A DNA stretch of 64,000 nucleotides from an uncultured delta proteobacterium (GCA_963706575.1 CAVPNL010000003.1:288001-352000); one strand, 5' to 3'. Shown: positions 1 to 11,281, counted from the first letter of the stretch. Translations and numbers: made by a program. Notes: generated by a model not told the origin, from the letters alone.

Positions 1-589
1 GAAGGTGTGATAAATTTTTGTTGCATGGAAACTAAACATCGATAAATCTCCGAAATTACCAATTTTTTCCCCGTTTACCTCCACCCCGAATGAGTGAGCT
101 GCATCATAAATTACTCGCAAACCATACCGGTCTGCTATTTGTTGAATTCCTTGACGGTATCACATGGATAACCGAAATACGTGGACCGGCAAAATTGCAG
201 TGGTATTCGGTGTAATCATGCTTTCAATGCGCGTAGGGTCTAAATTATACGTATATGGGTCAATGTCACAAAATACAGGAGTGATTCGATTCCAGTATAA
301 AACATGAGGCGTGGCAGCAAATGTAAAAGGAGTAGTGATTACTTCCCCTGACAATCGCAACGCTTGACATGCTAATTGCAAGGCCAGTGTTCCATTGCAG
401 AAAAGGCTGATGTTGGGAACATCCAGGTACTTCTTGAGCTCTGCTTCAAATTCCAGGTGCTGAGGATCCCACGTTTGTCAGCCACTGAGAATCCCAGATT
501 TCATCAATTTTTCTGTAAACGGCTGCCCGATCTGGTAATGGCGGTCTTGAAATGTAGATTGGTTCTTCGAACGGCGTAATTTGAGCCAT
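1..589 (-). CDS. DegT/DnrJ/EryC1 family sugar aminotransferase (5' part, apparent frameshifts near ~465 and ~165; runs off window)
   Basis: Manual translation from ATG 589: MAQITPFEEPIYISRPPLP..WLTN.G..HLEFEAELKKYL..FCNGTLALQLA..EVITTPFTFAAT..PVFCDID..TTAILPVHVF. Confidence 0.85.
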
Positions 590-769
590 AATTATGGATG
601 ACATCCCATGGAATAGATTATAATTTCTCCGGGCAAACGTACTTATAGCTATGCAAGCCTAGTCTTACGCTAACATTCCGGTTGCTATTAAAGTCAGTTA
701 GATGCCCGGAGTTGCTAAAATTTGCTGTAAAAATATTTTGTTAAGGCTGAACACGGCATTTAGAAAACA

Positions 770-784
770 GCAATATATATGCCA
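770..784 (-). promoter_or_regulatory. sigma54 -24/-12 promoter
   Basis: TGGCATATATATTGC (GG-N10-GC) upstream of the aminotransferase. Confidence 0.7.
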
Positions 785-857
785 CCTTTAGGTGAGTTGA
801 AATTTCGTGTTATATTAGAGATATAGGATCCTGCAAGAGATCAGAGATAGCTTTTAG

Positions 858-871
858 GTCAATTTTGTGAC
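858..871. promoter_or_regulatory. Palindromic activator site GTCA-N6-TGAC (FleQ/FlrA-box-like)
   Basis: GTCAATTTTGTGAC about 75 bp upstream of the sigma54 site; second copy at 1884-1897. Confidence 0.5.
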
Positions 872-980
872 ACCCGAACAGAAAATTTTGCCTATTGCAT
901 CTGCAAACTAGAACGATATCATAGTGAATTGGGATAAAAATGAATTGGTCTGGATAAGGAGGATTATTAACGAATAAAAC

Positions 981-1721
981 CTATTCCGCATACCCCATTT
1001 GCTGTAAATAATGGCCAAAATACTGATTGCACAGGGCTAAGTTTTCTGGGGTCATTTGGTGTTTAAATCTGCCCGACACACCTTGGTTATAATGCAAAAA
1101 TCCTTGCATCTTTTTATTGTTTAAAATTCGATTTTGCGAATAACTCTCAATTATCTCTTCGAGCTGTGAAGATGCTAATTTTAAATCTAAAAAGTCCATC
1201 AATTTGATCATCTCTCTTTTTGGGTTGGAAACTAAATCTTCATACCTGCAAATTAATATTTGATTTAATTGGCGATATTGATTCCAAACACCCAATACGT
1301 CGTGGGCAAACATGATAGCGTTTTCCAGATTATTCAATTTGGCAAATGTGTCCGTCCTTCGCTTAGAGCGCAAATCATTGCCATGTTCGAAAGCTGAGAT
1401 AGCAACATCTCTAGGATCACGGTAGATATAGGTAATCTTAAAAATCCCCTTTCGAACAAGTTCCTTTAAGGCAGCGGTGGGACCCGAGTGGGTCTTTACT
1501 GCGAACGTGAAGCCTGCATGGTGCAAAACCTCAAGACGCCTTAAATTGAAAGGGCTCAGCACCTCAATATTGCAGTTGTGGTACAACAGCATATCGTTAA
1601 GCTCAAATTTATCTCTAATGAATCTCACATCTTGATGCCCTGCACGTATCAGAAGATCATTTGTTAAATTAAAATACCAGCCAGTTCCTGCCTTTTGCAT
1701 TCCTGCTGAGATGACAATCAT
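981..1721 (-). CDS. Sulfotransferase domain protein
   Basis: PAPS-binding motifs GMQKAGTGW, VKTH, YIYRDPRDVAIS, RYEDL. Confidence 0.85.
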   Translation of the reverse strand: MIVISAGMQKAGTGWYFNLTNDLLIRAGHQDVRFIRDKFELNDMLLYHNCNIEVLSPFNLRRLEVLHHAGFTFAVKTHSGPTAALKELVRKGIFKITYIYRDPRDVAISAFEHGNDLRSKRRTDTFAKLNNLENAIMFAHDVLGVWNQYRQLNQILICRYEDLVSNPKREMIKLMDFLDLKLASSQLEEIIESYSQNRILNNKKMQGFLHYNQGVSGRFKHQMTPENLALCNQYFGHYLQQMGYAE

Positions 1722-1798
1722 ACTAGAATTTTCCTGGTTTGGATATTTCGCTATTTTAATTAAAATGTTGAGGGCACTAATTCAGTAATGGATATCGT

Positions 1799-1813
1799 GC
1801 AAATAATATACCA
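1799..1813 (-). promoter_or_regulatory. sigma54 -24/-12 promoter
   Basis: TGGTATATTATTTGC upstream of the sulfotransferase. Confidence 0.6.
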
Positions 1814-1883
1814 ATTTCGATAAAAAAAAGAACAATAATTTAAGATAATTATAACAATCCTAAATATTAAGCTCATCTGCGAA

Positions 1884-1897
1884 GTCAATTATATGAC
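1884..1897. promoter_or_regulatory. Palindromic activator site GTCA-N6-TGAC
   Basis: GTCAATTATATGAC at similar spacing to the sigma54 site as 858-871. Confidence 0.5.
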
Positions 1898-1945
1898 GAA
1901 CAGGAAACGGCCAAATGTTTATATGCATACTTAAGTATAAACCTC

Positions 1946-1973
1946 TAAAGTAATTTTTATCTATTACCGATAT
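1946..1973 (+). promoter_or_regulatory. sigma28 (FliA)-like promoter
   Basis: TAAA-N16-ACCGATAT upstream of the TPR gene. Confidence 0.45.
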
Positions 1974-2014
1974 TTATATCATGTGATATTAACTTTTTTA
2001 ATGGATTGAAATAA

Positions 2015-3202
2015 ATGGAATTTTTAAGTGTTGGAAATACCGACATATTCTCAGCGACAATCCAGCAGCCCGCTCAGCTGGAATCGTTGGCCAATAATGC
2101 GCTTTCAAAGGGGATCGATCTTTACCGGCGACAGGACTATGAAGGCGCCATCAGAGAATTCCGCCGCTCGATCGGTCTGGGGCCAAACTCAACGCATTCA
2201 TCCGATGCCTCCAGCTATATGGCCAACGCCTATATAGCCCTGGGCGATACGGAAGGTGCGATCAAAGCCTATGAGGGCGCCATCCGCCGAAGCCCCGATC
2301 GGGATGATATTTACATCAGTTTGGGCAACCTCTACTTTTCCGAAGGCAGGTATGACGAAGCCGCTGAAGTCTATAAAAAAGCGGTCAAGATTTGGTCGAG
2401 CGCCGATAATCATTACGCCCTGGGGCAGGCGTATTTGAATGCCGGACGGCATTCAGAGGCAGATCGGGAATTTAATACGGTTTTGCGCATGGAACCCGAC
2501 AAACCCGGCGGGTATTATGGCCTGGGCCTGAATTTCAGCAAACAGGGCCGCTATGAAGACGCCATTTTACAGTTTAAGGAAGCCATTCGAGTCGATCCCA
2601 AATTCTATGATGGTTACGCAGAGGTGGGATATGCCTATGCGGATCTGGGTGAAATGGATGAGGCCCAGCGGATAGTGGACATCCTCGAGCCGATGGCACC
2701 GGAGCTGGCAGATACCCTCAGCCGCCACATGTACAAGGTGGATCCCCCCAAATTTATGTTTTCCTTTGCCGATGCAAGCTTTAATTACATGCTGCCCTGG
2801 AAAACCCCTCTGTCGGCTCTGGACGCGTATCTGGCAACGCCAAATGCGGAAAAAACGTTCACGATGAAGTTTCAGTTTGACAAAGAAATGGACCGCGAGT
2901 CCGTCGAAAATGTGCTCAACTGGAATATCGGCCATTCGACCCAGAGCGGGCCCGGCCAGGCATACAATTTCGGCTTTCCGGTTCCGGATACTGAAGTTGC
3001 CTTGTCCCCTATTCCCAAAAGCGTCTATTACGATGAAGATAATTTAACCGCTATCGTTTATTTTGATGTCCGACAGAACTCCGCCGGAGACGGCACCATC
3101 GATCCGACCCACATTGAATTTAAATTCACCGGAGAAGACGCCTACGGAAACAAAATGAATCCCAAATACGATCAATTCATGGGATTTTCCGGAGTAGCAT
3201 AA
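2015..3202 (+). CDS. Tetratricopeptide repeat protein with beta-rich (Ig-like?) C-terminal domain
   Basis: Several TPR repeats (YISLGNLY, HYALGQAY, YYGLGLNF); C-terminal FQFDKEMD.. segment. Confidence 0.85.
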   Translation: MEFLSVGNTDIFSATIQQPAQLESLANNALSKGIDLYRRQDYEGAIREFRRSIGLGPNSTHSSDASSYMANAYIALGDTEGAIKAYEGAIRRSPDRDDIYISLGNLYFSEGRYDEAAEVYKKAVKIWSSADNHYALGQAYLNAGRHSEADREFNTVLRMEPDKPGGYYGLGLNFSKQGRYEDAILQFKEAIRVDPKFYDGYAEVGYAYADLGEMDEAQRIVDILEPMAPELADTLSRHMYKVDPPKFMFSFADASFNYMLPWKTPLSALDAYLATPNAEKTFTMKFQFDKEMDRESVENVLNWNIGHSTQSGPGQAYNFGFPVPDTEVALSPIPKSVYYDEDNLTAIVYFDVRQNSAGDGTIDPTHIEFKFTGEDAYGNKMNPKYDQFMGFSGVA

Positions 3203-3361
3203 GCAAGGCATAGCGTAAATTTCTTCATAACCGCTGATTTCCGGTCAATTTTATCAAGCCTCCTCTATCTTCCTTAATTTTGTTCACCTCTTTTATCTTC
3301 AAATCTTCCAACCTTTAAATTTGAAAAATAAATGGAAATTTTAGGCGCTAAAACAAAGACT

Positions 3362-3388
3362 TAAGTTTTTACGCAGAACGGCCGATAT
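3362..3388 (+). promoter_or_regulatory. sigma28 (FliA) promoter
   Basis: TAAG-N15-GCCGATAT. Confidence 0.65.
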
Positions 3389-3482
3389 AACTATATAATC
3401 ACATATAAAGCCGATGGACTATTTTTAAAGAATTATGACCTAAAAGATAACAGACCCCATCAAATAGATATGAATCAAAGTT

Positions 3483-5064
3483 ATGGCCGTCAAAAATAAA
3501 AAAAATTGCACCTGTAAAAAAAATGAACTGGAACTGTCACTGATCGAAAGCGAAGAAAAATTTCGACTGCTGATGGAACTGGCCACCGATGGAGTGCTGG
3601 TGGTCCAGGACGGTAAAATCAAAGAGGTCAATTATTATCTGGCCAAGATGTGCGGTTACACCATTGACGAAGTACTCGATACCGACCTCGCCAGCTTTTT
3701 TCATGCAAACGACATCGAAACCATTGAGACCATCTACGAGAAACCGTTAATAGACGACAACGCACTGGCGGTTCATGATTTAACCCTGATGTGCAAAAAT
3801 GGGCACCGGGTCGAAGTGGAAGTCATCGCGGGCCGATTCATTTTTCAAAGCAAACCTTCGAACCTTCTGGTGGTGCGCAATATTTCAGACCACAGCAAAT
3901 CAGACCACGAGCTGGAGCGCACCCGCCAGCTGGAATCCATTGCCGCGTTGTCCGGGGGTATTGCTCACGACTATAATAATTTGTTAACCGCAATCATCGG
4001 CAATATCTCCCTGGCCCAGACCTATCTGGATCCTGATGATAAAGTATTCCTGCTGCTCAGCCAGGCCCTGACAGCCTCCAAAACTGCCAAGGACTTGACC
4101 CAAAAGCTGATCACGTTTTCCAAGGGCGGATCACCGGATAAAAAGGTTGCCGCAGTCGCCAATTTAGTTAAAAACGCCACTGAATTCACCTTGAGCGGTT
4201 CCACTCTTAAAGCTGACTTTAATTTTACGGACAACCTCTGGCCGGTGGAAGTGGACAGAAGTCAGATCGGGCAGGCGATTCACAACGTGATCATGAATGC
4301 CCGCGAGGCGATGCCGCAAGGCGGTCTACTTGAAATCAGCGCCCAAAATGTCACCAGCGATGATGATTTGTCCAATTTGAGAAATGGCAAATATGTAAAG
4401 ATATCCATTACCGACTGCGGCAAAGGTATCGCCTCAAAAAAATCTGGATAAAATTTTTAATCCCTATTTTTCAACTAAAAAAATGGGCAATAAAAAGGGT
4501 ACCGGGCTGGGGTTATCCATCTGCCACTCGATTATTCGAAAGCACGGCGGCAACGTGACAGTGGAGTCCAAATACCGCCGGGGCACTACGTTTCACATCT
4601 ATTTGCCCAGTGCCAACGGAAAATCACCCGATCAAATAACTGCTGATACCATCGAACAGGAAATTCCGATTTTTGGGGAAGGCCGTATCCTGGTAATGGA
4701 TGATGAAGCGATGATACGCAAACTCGCCGGTGAGCTATTGAGCTATCTGGGCTATGAAGTTGACTTTGCACTGGACGGTGCCGAAGCCATCAACCGCTAC
4801 AAAGAGGCGATGAACGCAAAAAAACCGTTTGATGCCGTCATATTGGATTTGACCGTTAAGGGTGGCATGGGCGGCAAAGAAACCATCAAGAAACTGACCA
4901 AAATTGATCCGCATGTGGTTGCTATCGTGTCCAGCGGCTACTGCAATGATCCCGGCATTACCGACTTCGGTCAATACGGGTTTAGCGGAGTGGTAACGAA
5001 ACCGTATACGATGAGCGAGTTGGGTGAAAAATTAAATCAGGTTGTTTCCAACCGACAAAATTAA
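3483..5064 (+). CDS. PAS-domain hybrid sensor histidine kinase/receiver (frameshift in A-run near 4440)
   Basis: PAS; H-box [12 protein letters not shown]-box NAREAM; G1 DCGKGI; second ORF has GTGLGLS and a receiver domain (VMDDE, ILDL, KPY). Confidence 0.9.
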
Positions 5065-5214
5065 CGTCTTGCCAAATTGAAGTTCTTAGAATGCATTTCT
5101 AAAATCCTTGCCTATTGCTATCCTTTTGACCTAAAATGAACGCATAAAAATCCCCAAAGTTATGCAATTATTTTTTAAGGAATCCTACCCGTCGAGAGCC
5201 TCGGGGTCTAACGG

Positions 5215-7177
5215 ATGAATATTCGCTTAAATAAGAACAAAATAATTATTTTCATCGTATTAATTTTCGGTGTGATCTGCGGTAGCCTGACGGGCGCCTT
5301 TTTTGCGCTCACCCACGATCTGCCCCAGATCCGCTCGCTGGAAAATTTCGAGCCCGATGCGGTTACCCGCATTTATTCCGCCGACAAAATCTTGCTGACC
5401 GAACTATTCATTGAGAAACGCGAACCCGTGCCCCTGAAAACCATCCCCCGGCTGTTAAGGGCAGCGCTGGTGGCAACCGAAGACCGCAAATTTTATAAAC
5501 ACAGCGGTGTCGACCTGAGGGGCATCACCCGGGCAATCCTCAAGGATATTAAGGCCGGCGAATTCGTTGAAGGCGCAAGCACCATTACCCAGCAGCTGTC
5601 GAAAACGCTTTTTCTAACGCCTCGAAAAACGCTGGTACGCAAAATAAAAGAGGCCATTTTGGCATTTCAACTCGAGCGCCGTTACACCAAAGATGAAATA
5701 TTGGAATTGTACCTCAACCAGGTTTACTTCGGTAGCGGCGCCTACGGCGTGGAATCTGCAGCCAAAATATTTTTTGGTAAATCCGTAAAGGATTTAAGCC
5801 TGGCGCAATGTGCACTGGTAGCCGGTATGCCCAAATCGCCTTCACGCTATTCTCCTCTGGTAAATCCGGATCTGGCCATCAAAAGGCGAAATACCGTACT
5901 AAGACAAATGCGTGACACGGATATTATTTCCGATGCGGCCTATCAACAGGCAGTTAATGAAGCGCTTTATACCGATGACCGTCGATTCAATCAGTCAAAA
6001 GCACCTTATTTTGTCGAATATATTAAACGTTCTCTTGAAGATGAACTGGGATCAACCCGACTGTATAAAGGCGGTTTATCCGTTTATACAACCCTTGATT
6101 ACAGCCTGCAATCAGCGGCCGAAAAGGCAGTGACTGACGGACTCTCAGCGCTGACCCAGCGGATGAAACAGGCGCAAATAGCGGAACCGGATCCCCAGGC
6201 CGCCCTGATATCGATCGATTTAACTTCCGGCGGCATTTTGGCCATGGTGGGCGGCAAAAATTTTAATGACAGCCGTTTTAACCGTGCCTCCATGGCTCTC
6301 CGGCAGCCCGGATCGGCCTTCAAGCCGTTTGTGTATGCCTATGCTATCGAGCAGGGTTTCGCCCAAAATAAAATAATTCTGGATGCACCGGTGGTATATC
6401 GAGGCGCGCAGGACGGCAATGACTGGAAACCTCAAAATTTTTCTTTGGGATATAAAGGCGAAATGACATTGCGCCGTGCACTGACAGTCTCCCAGAATAT
6501 CCCGGCGGTTCGATTGCTGCAAATGCCTAGGACCTGACTCGGTGGCCCAGTTCGCCCATCAACTCGGCATCAAATCACACCTGGCCGGTAATTTGTCACT
6601 GGCCTTGGGCACGTCGGAGATCACTCTCATGGATTTGACATCTGCATATTCTGTATTTCCGAATAAGGGCGAAAAGATTAGACCGTTTGGCGTCCTGGAG
6701 ATTGTCGATCGACAGGGTCGCGTGATCTGGCGGGCCAAATCCCAGAGGAGGCTGGTGATGTCGCGTGCCGGTGCAGCCATTGTGACCAATATGCTGGAAG
6801 GTGTGATCAAGGAAGGTACCGGCAGGCGCGCTCGTATTCTTGGCAGAGCTGTCGCAGGAAAAACCGGAACGACAAATGACTATAAAGATGCTTTGTTCAT
6901 CGGCTTTTCACCGCGTGTGATTGCCGGCGTCTGGGTAGGCCGGGACGCCGGCGGCAGCCTGGGGGGGAAAGAAACCGGGGCCAGAGCCGCTTTACCCATA
7001 TGGATTGACTATATGAAAGTGTCCCTTCCAAATGAGCCGAATCAATACTTCGACATTCCCGACGATGTCAGCCAGATTCGCATGGACCCCATCACCGGTC
7101 TAGCGCAGCCCGTCGATTCAAAGCGATCCGTTGTTGCCTTGTTTAAAAAAGGCACCGAGCCCTCAGATCGTCGATAG
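5215..7177 (+). CDS. mrcA: Penicillin-binding protein 1A (frameshift near 6530)
   Basis: EDRKF, GASTITQQL, RKIKE transglycosylase motifs; SAFK, SQN, KTGT transpeptidase motifs. Confidence 0.9.
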
Positions 7178-7262
7178 CGTCATGCCGCACGCCGCTTTTT
7201 CCTTTTGTTTACGATCAATTAGGGTTTAATTAAAGAGCAAACAATGATATGAAAGCCGCATT

Positions 7263-7718
7263 ATGATACGAAAAGCAAACATCAAAGACGTAAAGTCGAT
7301 TCACGGGCTCTTACAAGAATATGGCAAAAAAGAAGAACTTCTGGCACGTCCGTTAAGTGAACTATATGATCATGTCAGGGATTTTTCTGTGTATATGGAT
7401 GAGAGCAATAAACAGATGATCGGCTGTTGCGCCATGCAGTTCTGCTGGGAAGATCTTGCCGAAATTCGATCGCTGGCTGTCCTTCCTGAACACCTGGGTA
7501 AAAATATCGGGACAAAGCTTGTGGAAACGGTTTTACAGGAGGCTGAATCGTTTAACGTCAAAAAAGTGTTCACCCTCACCTACAAACCGGACTTTTTCAA
7601 ACAATTCGGATTCATTCAAATCGAGCGCTCCGATTTACCGTTGAAAATCTGGGCGGATTGCATCATCTGTATTAAATTCCCGGACTGCGATGAAATCGCT
7701 ATGATGAAAGAGTTTTAA
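7263..7718 (+). CDS. GNAT N-acetyltransferase (short amino-acid N-acetyltransferase/ArgA-like)
   Basis: WEDLAEIRSLAV, VFTLTY, LPLKIWADC..C.KFPDCDE. Confidence 0.85.
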   Translation: MIRKANIKDVKSIHGLLQEYGKKEELLARPLSELYDHVRDFSVYMDESNKQMIGCCAMQFCWEDLAEIRSLAVLPEHLGKNIGTKLVETVLQEAESFNVKKVFTLTYKPDFFKQFGFIQIERSDLPLKIWADCIICIKFPDCDEIAMMKEF

Positions 7719-7721
7719 AAA

Positions 7722-7854
7722 AAAGTGCCTAAAGTGACTAAAATGAGCTAAAGTGCCTAAAATTTTGGTGTCGCTACGCTCCATCTTTTTTATAAAAATG
7801 ATAGAATGCCTTAACTTTAGGCACTTTAGATCACTTTAGGCATTTTAGGCATTT
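7722..7854. repeat. Family-A tandem-repeat hairpin element, copy A1
   Basis: ~42 bp inverted arms of CTAAA(A/G)TG-type 9-10 nt units; loop shared with A2. Confidence 0.9.
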
Positions 7855-7904
7855 CTGGAAATAGACTGGATCGGGTATTACGCACCAAATTGAATACTCT
7901 CAGG

Positions 7905-8966
7905 TTATGTATAGATCACATTAAGCGGAATTGGAGGATATTTCGATACCCCCGGCTTCGGAAGGATGTGCTGCTCGCCGACTGTTAGCCAGTGCAGGTC
8001 TGGTTTAATTTCTCGCAACTTGCCGTCTTCAGGTTCACGGGCATGGTATGTTCGGGTATAGCTTGCCTGAAAAATGCAAACCCCGCATCTTTTCTCCCGC
8101 GCCACGACATAATTCTTTTTGAAAGCCCGGAGTGATAGGCCCTGGGCTCCAGCGATTTCCTCCAGTTCCTTAAGGGAGCGTTTTATCAAAATCGCTTTGG
8201 ATTCACCCCGCTCGGAGAGACGAATCAATGCCCTGGATTCACTGCTGCCCACATATACAGTAGAGATCCCCGGAATCCGTTTAAGATACTGGGCAGCGAC
8301 GATGGCAGCCGTTCGTCTTCCACCCACCATCACCGGTAGTCCATAATACTCAAAAAACTTCTTTTGGATATCTTCAGCATATTTATCGCCTTTTTCGAAG
8401 ATATCCTTAGATATATATCTCAAGCTTCGGGCCATGTCTTCTGCTGCTTCGGTTATCGGCCAATCAATCCGTACATGAAAATGGGTAAGCCCATATCGAT
8501 TCTTCGCCAGTCTGGCTGAATCTCCCTGTATCAGCAGGGCATAATCCACCGGCAGCAATATTTTTAAAAAATTTCTAAAATAGATGGATTCCAGATATTT
8601 CCAGTTGCGGTCAAACTTATCTGATAGGGGTAGTGTTTTTGAGCGCAAAAGATTCTTCTTGGTGGTTTTATTGAGATCGAAAAACCGGATGTACTTTTTA
8701 TGCTCCGGCAGCACCGAATCTTCGACAAAGATGACAAGAAAGGTGTTCTGGGATTCGTATTCCTGATCTGGAATGCGCCCGCGAGGTTTTAACTCCCGCT
8801 TTTCAACAAATGGGAAGCGGTTTTGGCGAGAAATAAAATTATGATATGAATCAATCAGTGCATATTGCAGTAAAAATTGATCCAGTTCATCCCTTAGCAG
8901 TTCGTAATATGAGCGCCTTAGCTTTTCAACCTGACTAAGTTCTTCCCTATATTTCCAGTGAGCCAA
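7905..8966 (-). CDS. Hypothetical protein (353 aa)
   Basis: Long ORF, TTG start with AGGAG RBS; no recognised domain. Confidence 0.75.
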   Translation of the reverse strand: MAHWKYREELSQVEKLRRSYYELLRDELDQFLLQYALIDSYHNFISRQNRFPFVEKRELKPRGRIPDQEYESQNTFLVIFVEDSVLPEHKKYIRFFDLNKTTKKNLLRSKTLPLSDKFDRNWKYLESIYFRNFLKILLPVDYALLIQGDSARLAKNRYGLTHFHVRIDWPITEAAEDMARSLRYISKDIFEKGDKYAEDIQKKFFEYYGLPVMVGGRRTAAIVAAQYLKRIPGISTVYVGSSESRALIRLSERGESKAILIKRSLKELEEIAGAQGLSLRAFKKNYVVAREKRCGVCIFQASYTRTYHAREPEDGKLREIKPDLHWLTVGEQHILPKPGVSKYPPIPLNVIYT

Positions 8967-9114
8967 AATTTTCTCCTAATCTAAATATGTGAATCCCTGC
9001 TTTTCATTCATTTTCATGCAAGATTCAGGCATTATGTTATCATGAATTATTATAGAGTTAAAGCAGGAAAATCTTCCGGCTGGTCTGTTGAATGGGATAG
9101 TAGGACTTAATAAT

Positions 9115-9420
9115 TAGAACCCATCTCAAAGATATATATAACGCCCAACGCTACAGTTTTAAATCTATAAAAAGTGCTTACAACACAAAATGAGCTAAAA
9201 TTAAAAATGATCTAAAATGTCTAAAATTATGGTCGAGCTAGCGCAGCACAGGCGTTTGCGCCATGTGGCGCTCCATCTTTTATTATAAAGATGACAGAAT
9301 TCCTCAACTTTAGGCATTTTAGCTCATTTTAGTCATTTTAGGCACTTGTAACTTTCCAGCACCTTTGGAACTTTTTTCTCTGTCTTCCAAGATGAACTGC
9401 TAATTTTGAGATAGCTTTTA
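9115..9420. mobile_element. MITE-like element (TAGAACCCATCTCAAA termini) containing nested family-A copy A2 (9187-9347)
   Basis: Imperfect 17 bp terminal inverted repeat (13/17), same TIR as 16281-16426. Confidence 0.6.
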
Positions 9421-9421
9421 G

Positions 9422-10129
9422 TTATTTATTTTCTATCTTTTCGATCCAAAGATATATTTTTTCACGATAGCCATAGCACAGTAATGCTAAAATCAGGCAG
9501 GCCGCAATCACAACCCCGAGCAGAACATAATTTTGTTCATATAGGAATCCACCCTGCAGGCTTAAGGCAAATGTACCCGGCATTCTGCCAATACCGGCCA
9601 GCAAAATAAAAATCTTCATCGGCAAGGTGCTTACACCAAGCGCCAGGCACAGGTAGTCTTTGGGAAACCCCGGAAATAAAAACAGGATAAACAATACAAT
9701 GATCCCCTGGCGTTTGACCAGTCCATCAATTTTTTGAAACTGGTGCGCCGGAATCCGTTTCCGCACATACCGCTCACCCACAAAACGACCAATCACAAAA
9801 TTCAACCAGGAACCCACTGTCAGACCGATACTGGAATAGATAAAACCCGCCAGCGTCCCAAACAAATAACCGCCAATAAATCCCGTCGCTTCGCCCGGCA
9901 CGGGCGCGAAAATGACCTGAAGAATCTGAATCATCATGAAAACCGGCGGCGCGCTGGTTCCAAAGGAGGAAATAAGGAGTCTGATTTTTTCCCTATCGGA
10001 AAACAATCGGTATAAATCGGTGATCTTTTCCCAGATCGGAATCCGAAACCAGAACACCACAAATCCAATTACAATCAGCGCCAAAATAATGAGGATCTTA
10101 AATTTATTTGCAGTGGCTTTTGGGGGCAT
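9422..10129 (-). CDS. TVP38/TMEM64 (DedA-like) membrane protein
   Basis: LQVIFAPVPGE, GYLFG, LFPGFPKD, GRMPG. Confidence 0.85.
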   Translation of the reverse strand: MPPKATANKFKILIILALIVIGFVVFWFRIPIWEKITDLYRLFSDREKIRLLISSFGTSAPPVFMMIQILQVIFAPVPGEATGFIGGYLFGTLAGFIYSSIGLTVGSWLNFVIGRFVGERYVRKRIPAHQFQKIDGLVKRQGIIVLFILFLFPGFPKDYLCLALGVSTLPMKIFILLAGIGRMPGTFALSLQGGFLYEQNYVLLGVVIAACLILALLCYGYREKIYLWIEKIENK

Positions 10130-10204
10130 AATTTGATGGAACTGGACAAGCGGATAACAGATAGCGATCGCAAGTTACCTTTATTCTGGCCTTATCTTCT
10201 TTTT

Positions 10205-10480
10205 TTACTTTTTTTCACCATTTCGTTTTTTTCGGGTTAGCGCTTTTTTTCGAGACCACCTTTCAAAAAAACTGATCGTGCCGGAATTATAGGCCCGCTT
10301 TACCCGCTCTTCATGAACCTGAATGCCCTCCGGTCCCTTGACGGCCTCCCTCAGGCACTCTGTTTTGCAGAAGCAGACCATACAACTCTCCGGGGTATGC
10401 CTTAAACCATCTTTTCCCAACGGAAAGACAGTGTCGAGTTTTCCGAAACAGTATGGATATTCTTTTTTTCTTTGTGTCAT
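10205..10480 (-). CDS. Small Cys-rich hypothetical protein
   Basis: CFG..CxxCxCKTEC; co-oriented with radC. Confidence 0.7.
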   Translation of the reverse strand: MTQRKKEYPYCFGKLDTVFPLGKDGLRHTPESCMVCFCKTECLREAVKGPEGIQVHEERVKRAYNSGTISFFERWSRKKALTRKKRNGEKK

Positions 10481-10540
10481 TGCCTAATAGTGTTGATCCA
10501 ATACACCTATTGTCAAAAGTTAATTTCAATTCGGAAGCAG

Positions 10541-11281
10541 CTAAGTCCCCTGCTCCGTCAGCTTTTCGAACTCCCGGTTCATACGCGTGATATAGCCCCG
10601 GTCCGCAAAGCTGAAATATCGATTGTCTCCGATGATCAGATGTTCGTGAACAACCATTCCCATCACCTTGCCGGCAAAAACCAGTTGACGGGTAACGGCA
10701 ACATCTTCCGAGGAGGGTTTCGGGTCGCCCGAAGGGTGATTGTGCGCAAAAATAAGGGCAGCAGCATCATGGCTGAGGGCGGCTTGGATGACTTCGCGGG
10801 GATATACGCTGCTCGCGGTCAACGTTCCTTCAGAAATAGTCCTGGCAGCAATCACCTGGTTTTTGGAGTTCAAAAATATGACTTTGAAAATTTCTCGCTT
10901 TTTATCGCCAATGCTATGGTACAGGTAATCGAAAAGCATCTTTGAATCATTTATTGCATCTTTATGAATGAGTTTCTTTTCAAGATACCTGTCGGCAACG
11001 GCTTTGATCAGTTTAATGCCGAAAATGTTTTTGGGGCCGATGCCGTTGATTTTGCTCAGCTCCAGGGTGGTGGCCTCGAGCACCCCCTGCAGCGTTTTAA
11101 ATCTCTTCAAGGCCTCTTTAGCCGCACCTTTGCAATCTTTGCGCGGCATGGCCAGTGTGAGCAAAAGTTCGATGACCTCATAGTCGTGAAAACCATCAAG
11201 GCCGCCGGCCAGGAATCGCTCGCGCAGTCTTTGTCTGTGACCCTCGCCTTTAGGCGATTTTTTGGCTCCATCTTTGGGCAT
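10541..11281 (-). CDS. radC: RadC family JAB-domain protein
   Basis: GHRQRLR, HhH motif, HNHPSG..PS.ED..T. Confidence 0.92.
   Translation of the reverse strand: MPKDGAKKSPKGEGHRQRLRERFLAGGLDGFHDYEVIELLLTLAMPRKDCKGAAKEALKRFKTLQGVLEATTLELSKINGIGPKNIFGIKLIKAVADRYLEKKLIHKDAINDSKMLFDYLYHSIGDKKREIFKVIFLNSKNQVIAARTISEGTLTASSVYPREVIQAALSHDAAALIFAHNHPSGDPKPSSEDVAVTRQLVFAGKVMGMVVHEHLIIGDNRYFSFADRGYITRMNREFEKLTEQGT

Noticed and set aside
844..857. GAGATAGCTTTTAG identical to the MITE end at 9408-9421
   Set aside because: No partner terminus found nearby; may be chance or an unprovable remnant.
3255..3320. Pyrimidine-rich ATCTTC repeats after the TPR gene as another arm family
   Set aside because: Too degenerate and no opposite arm.
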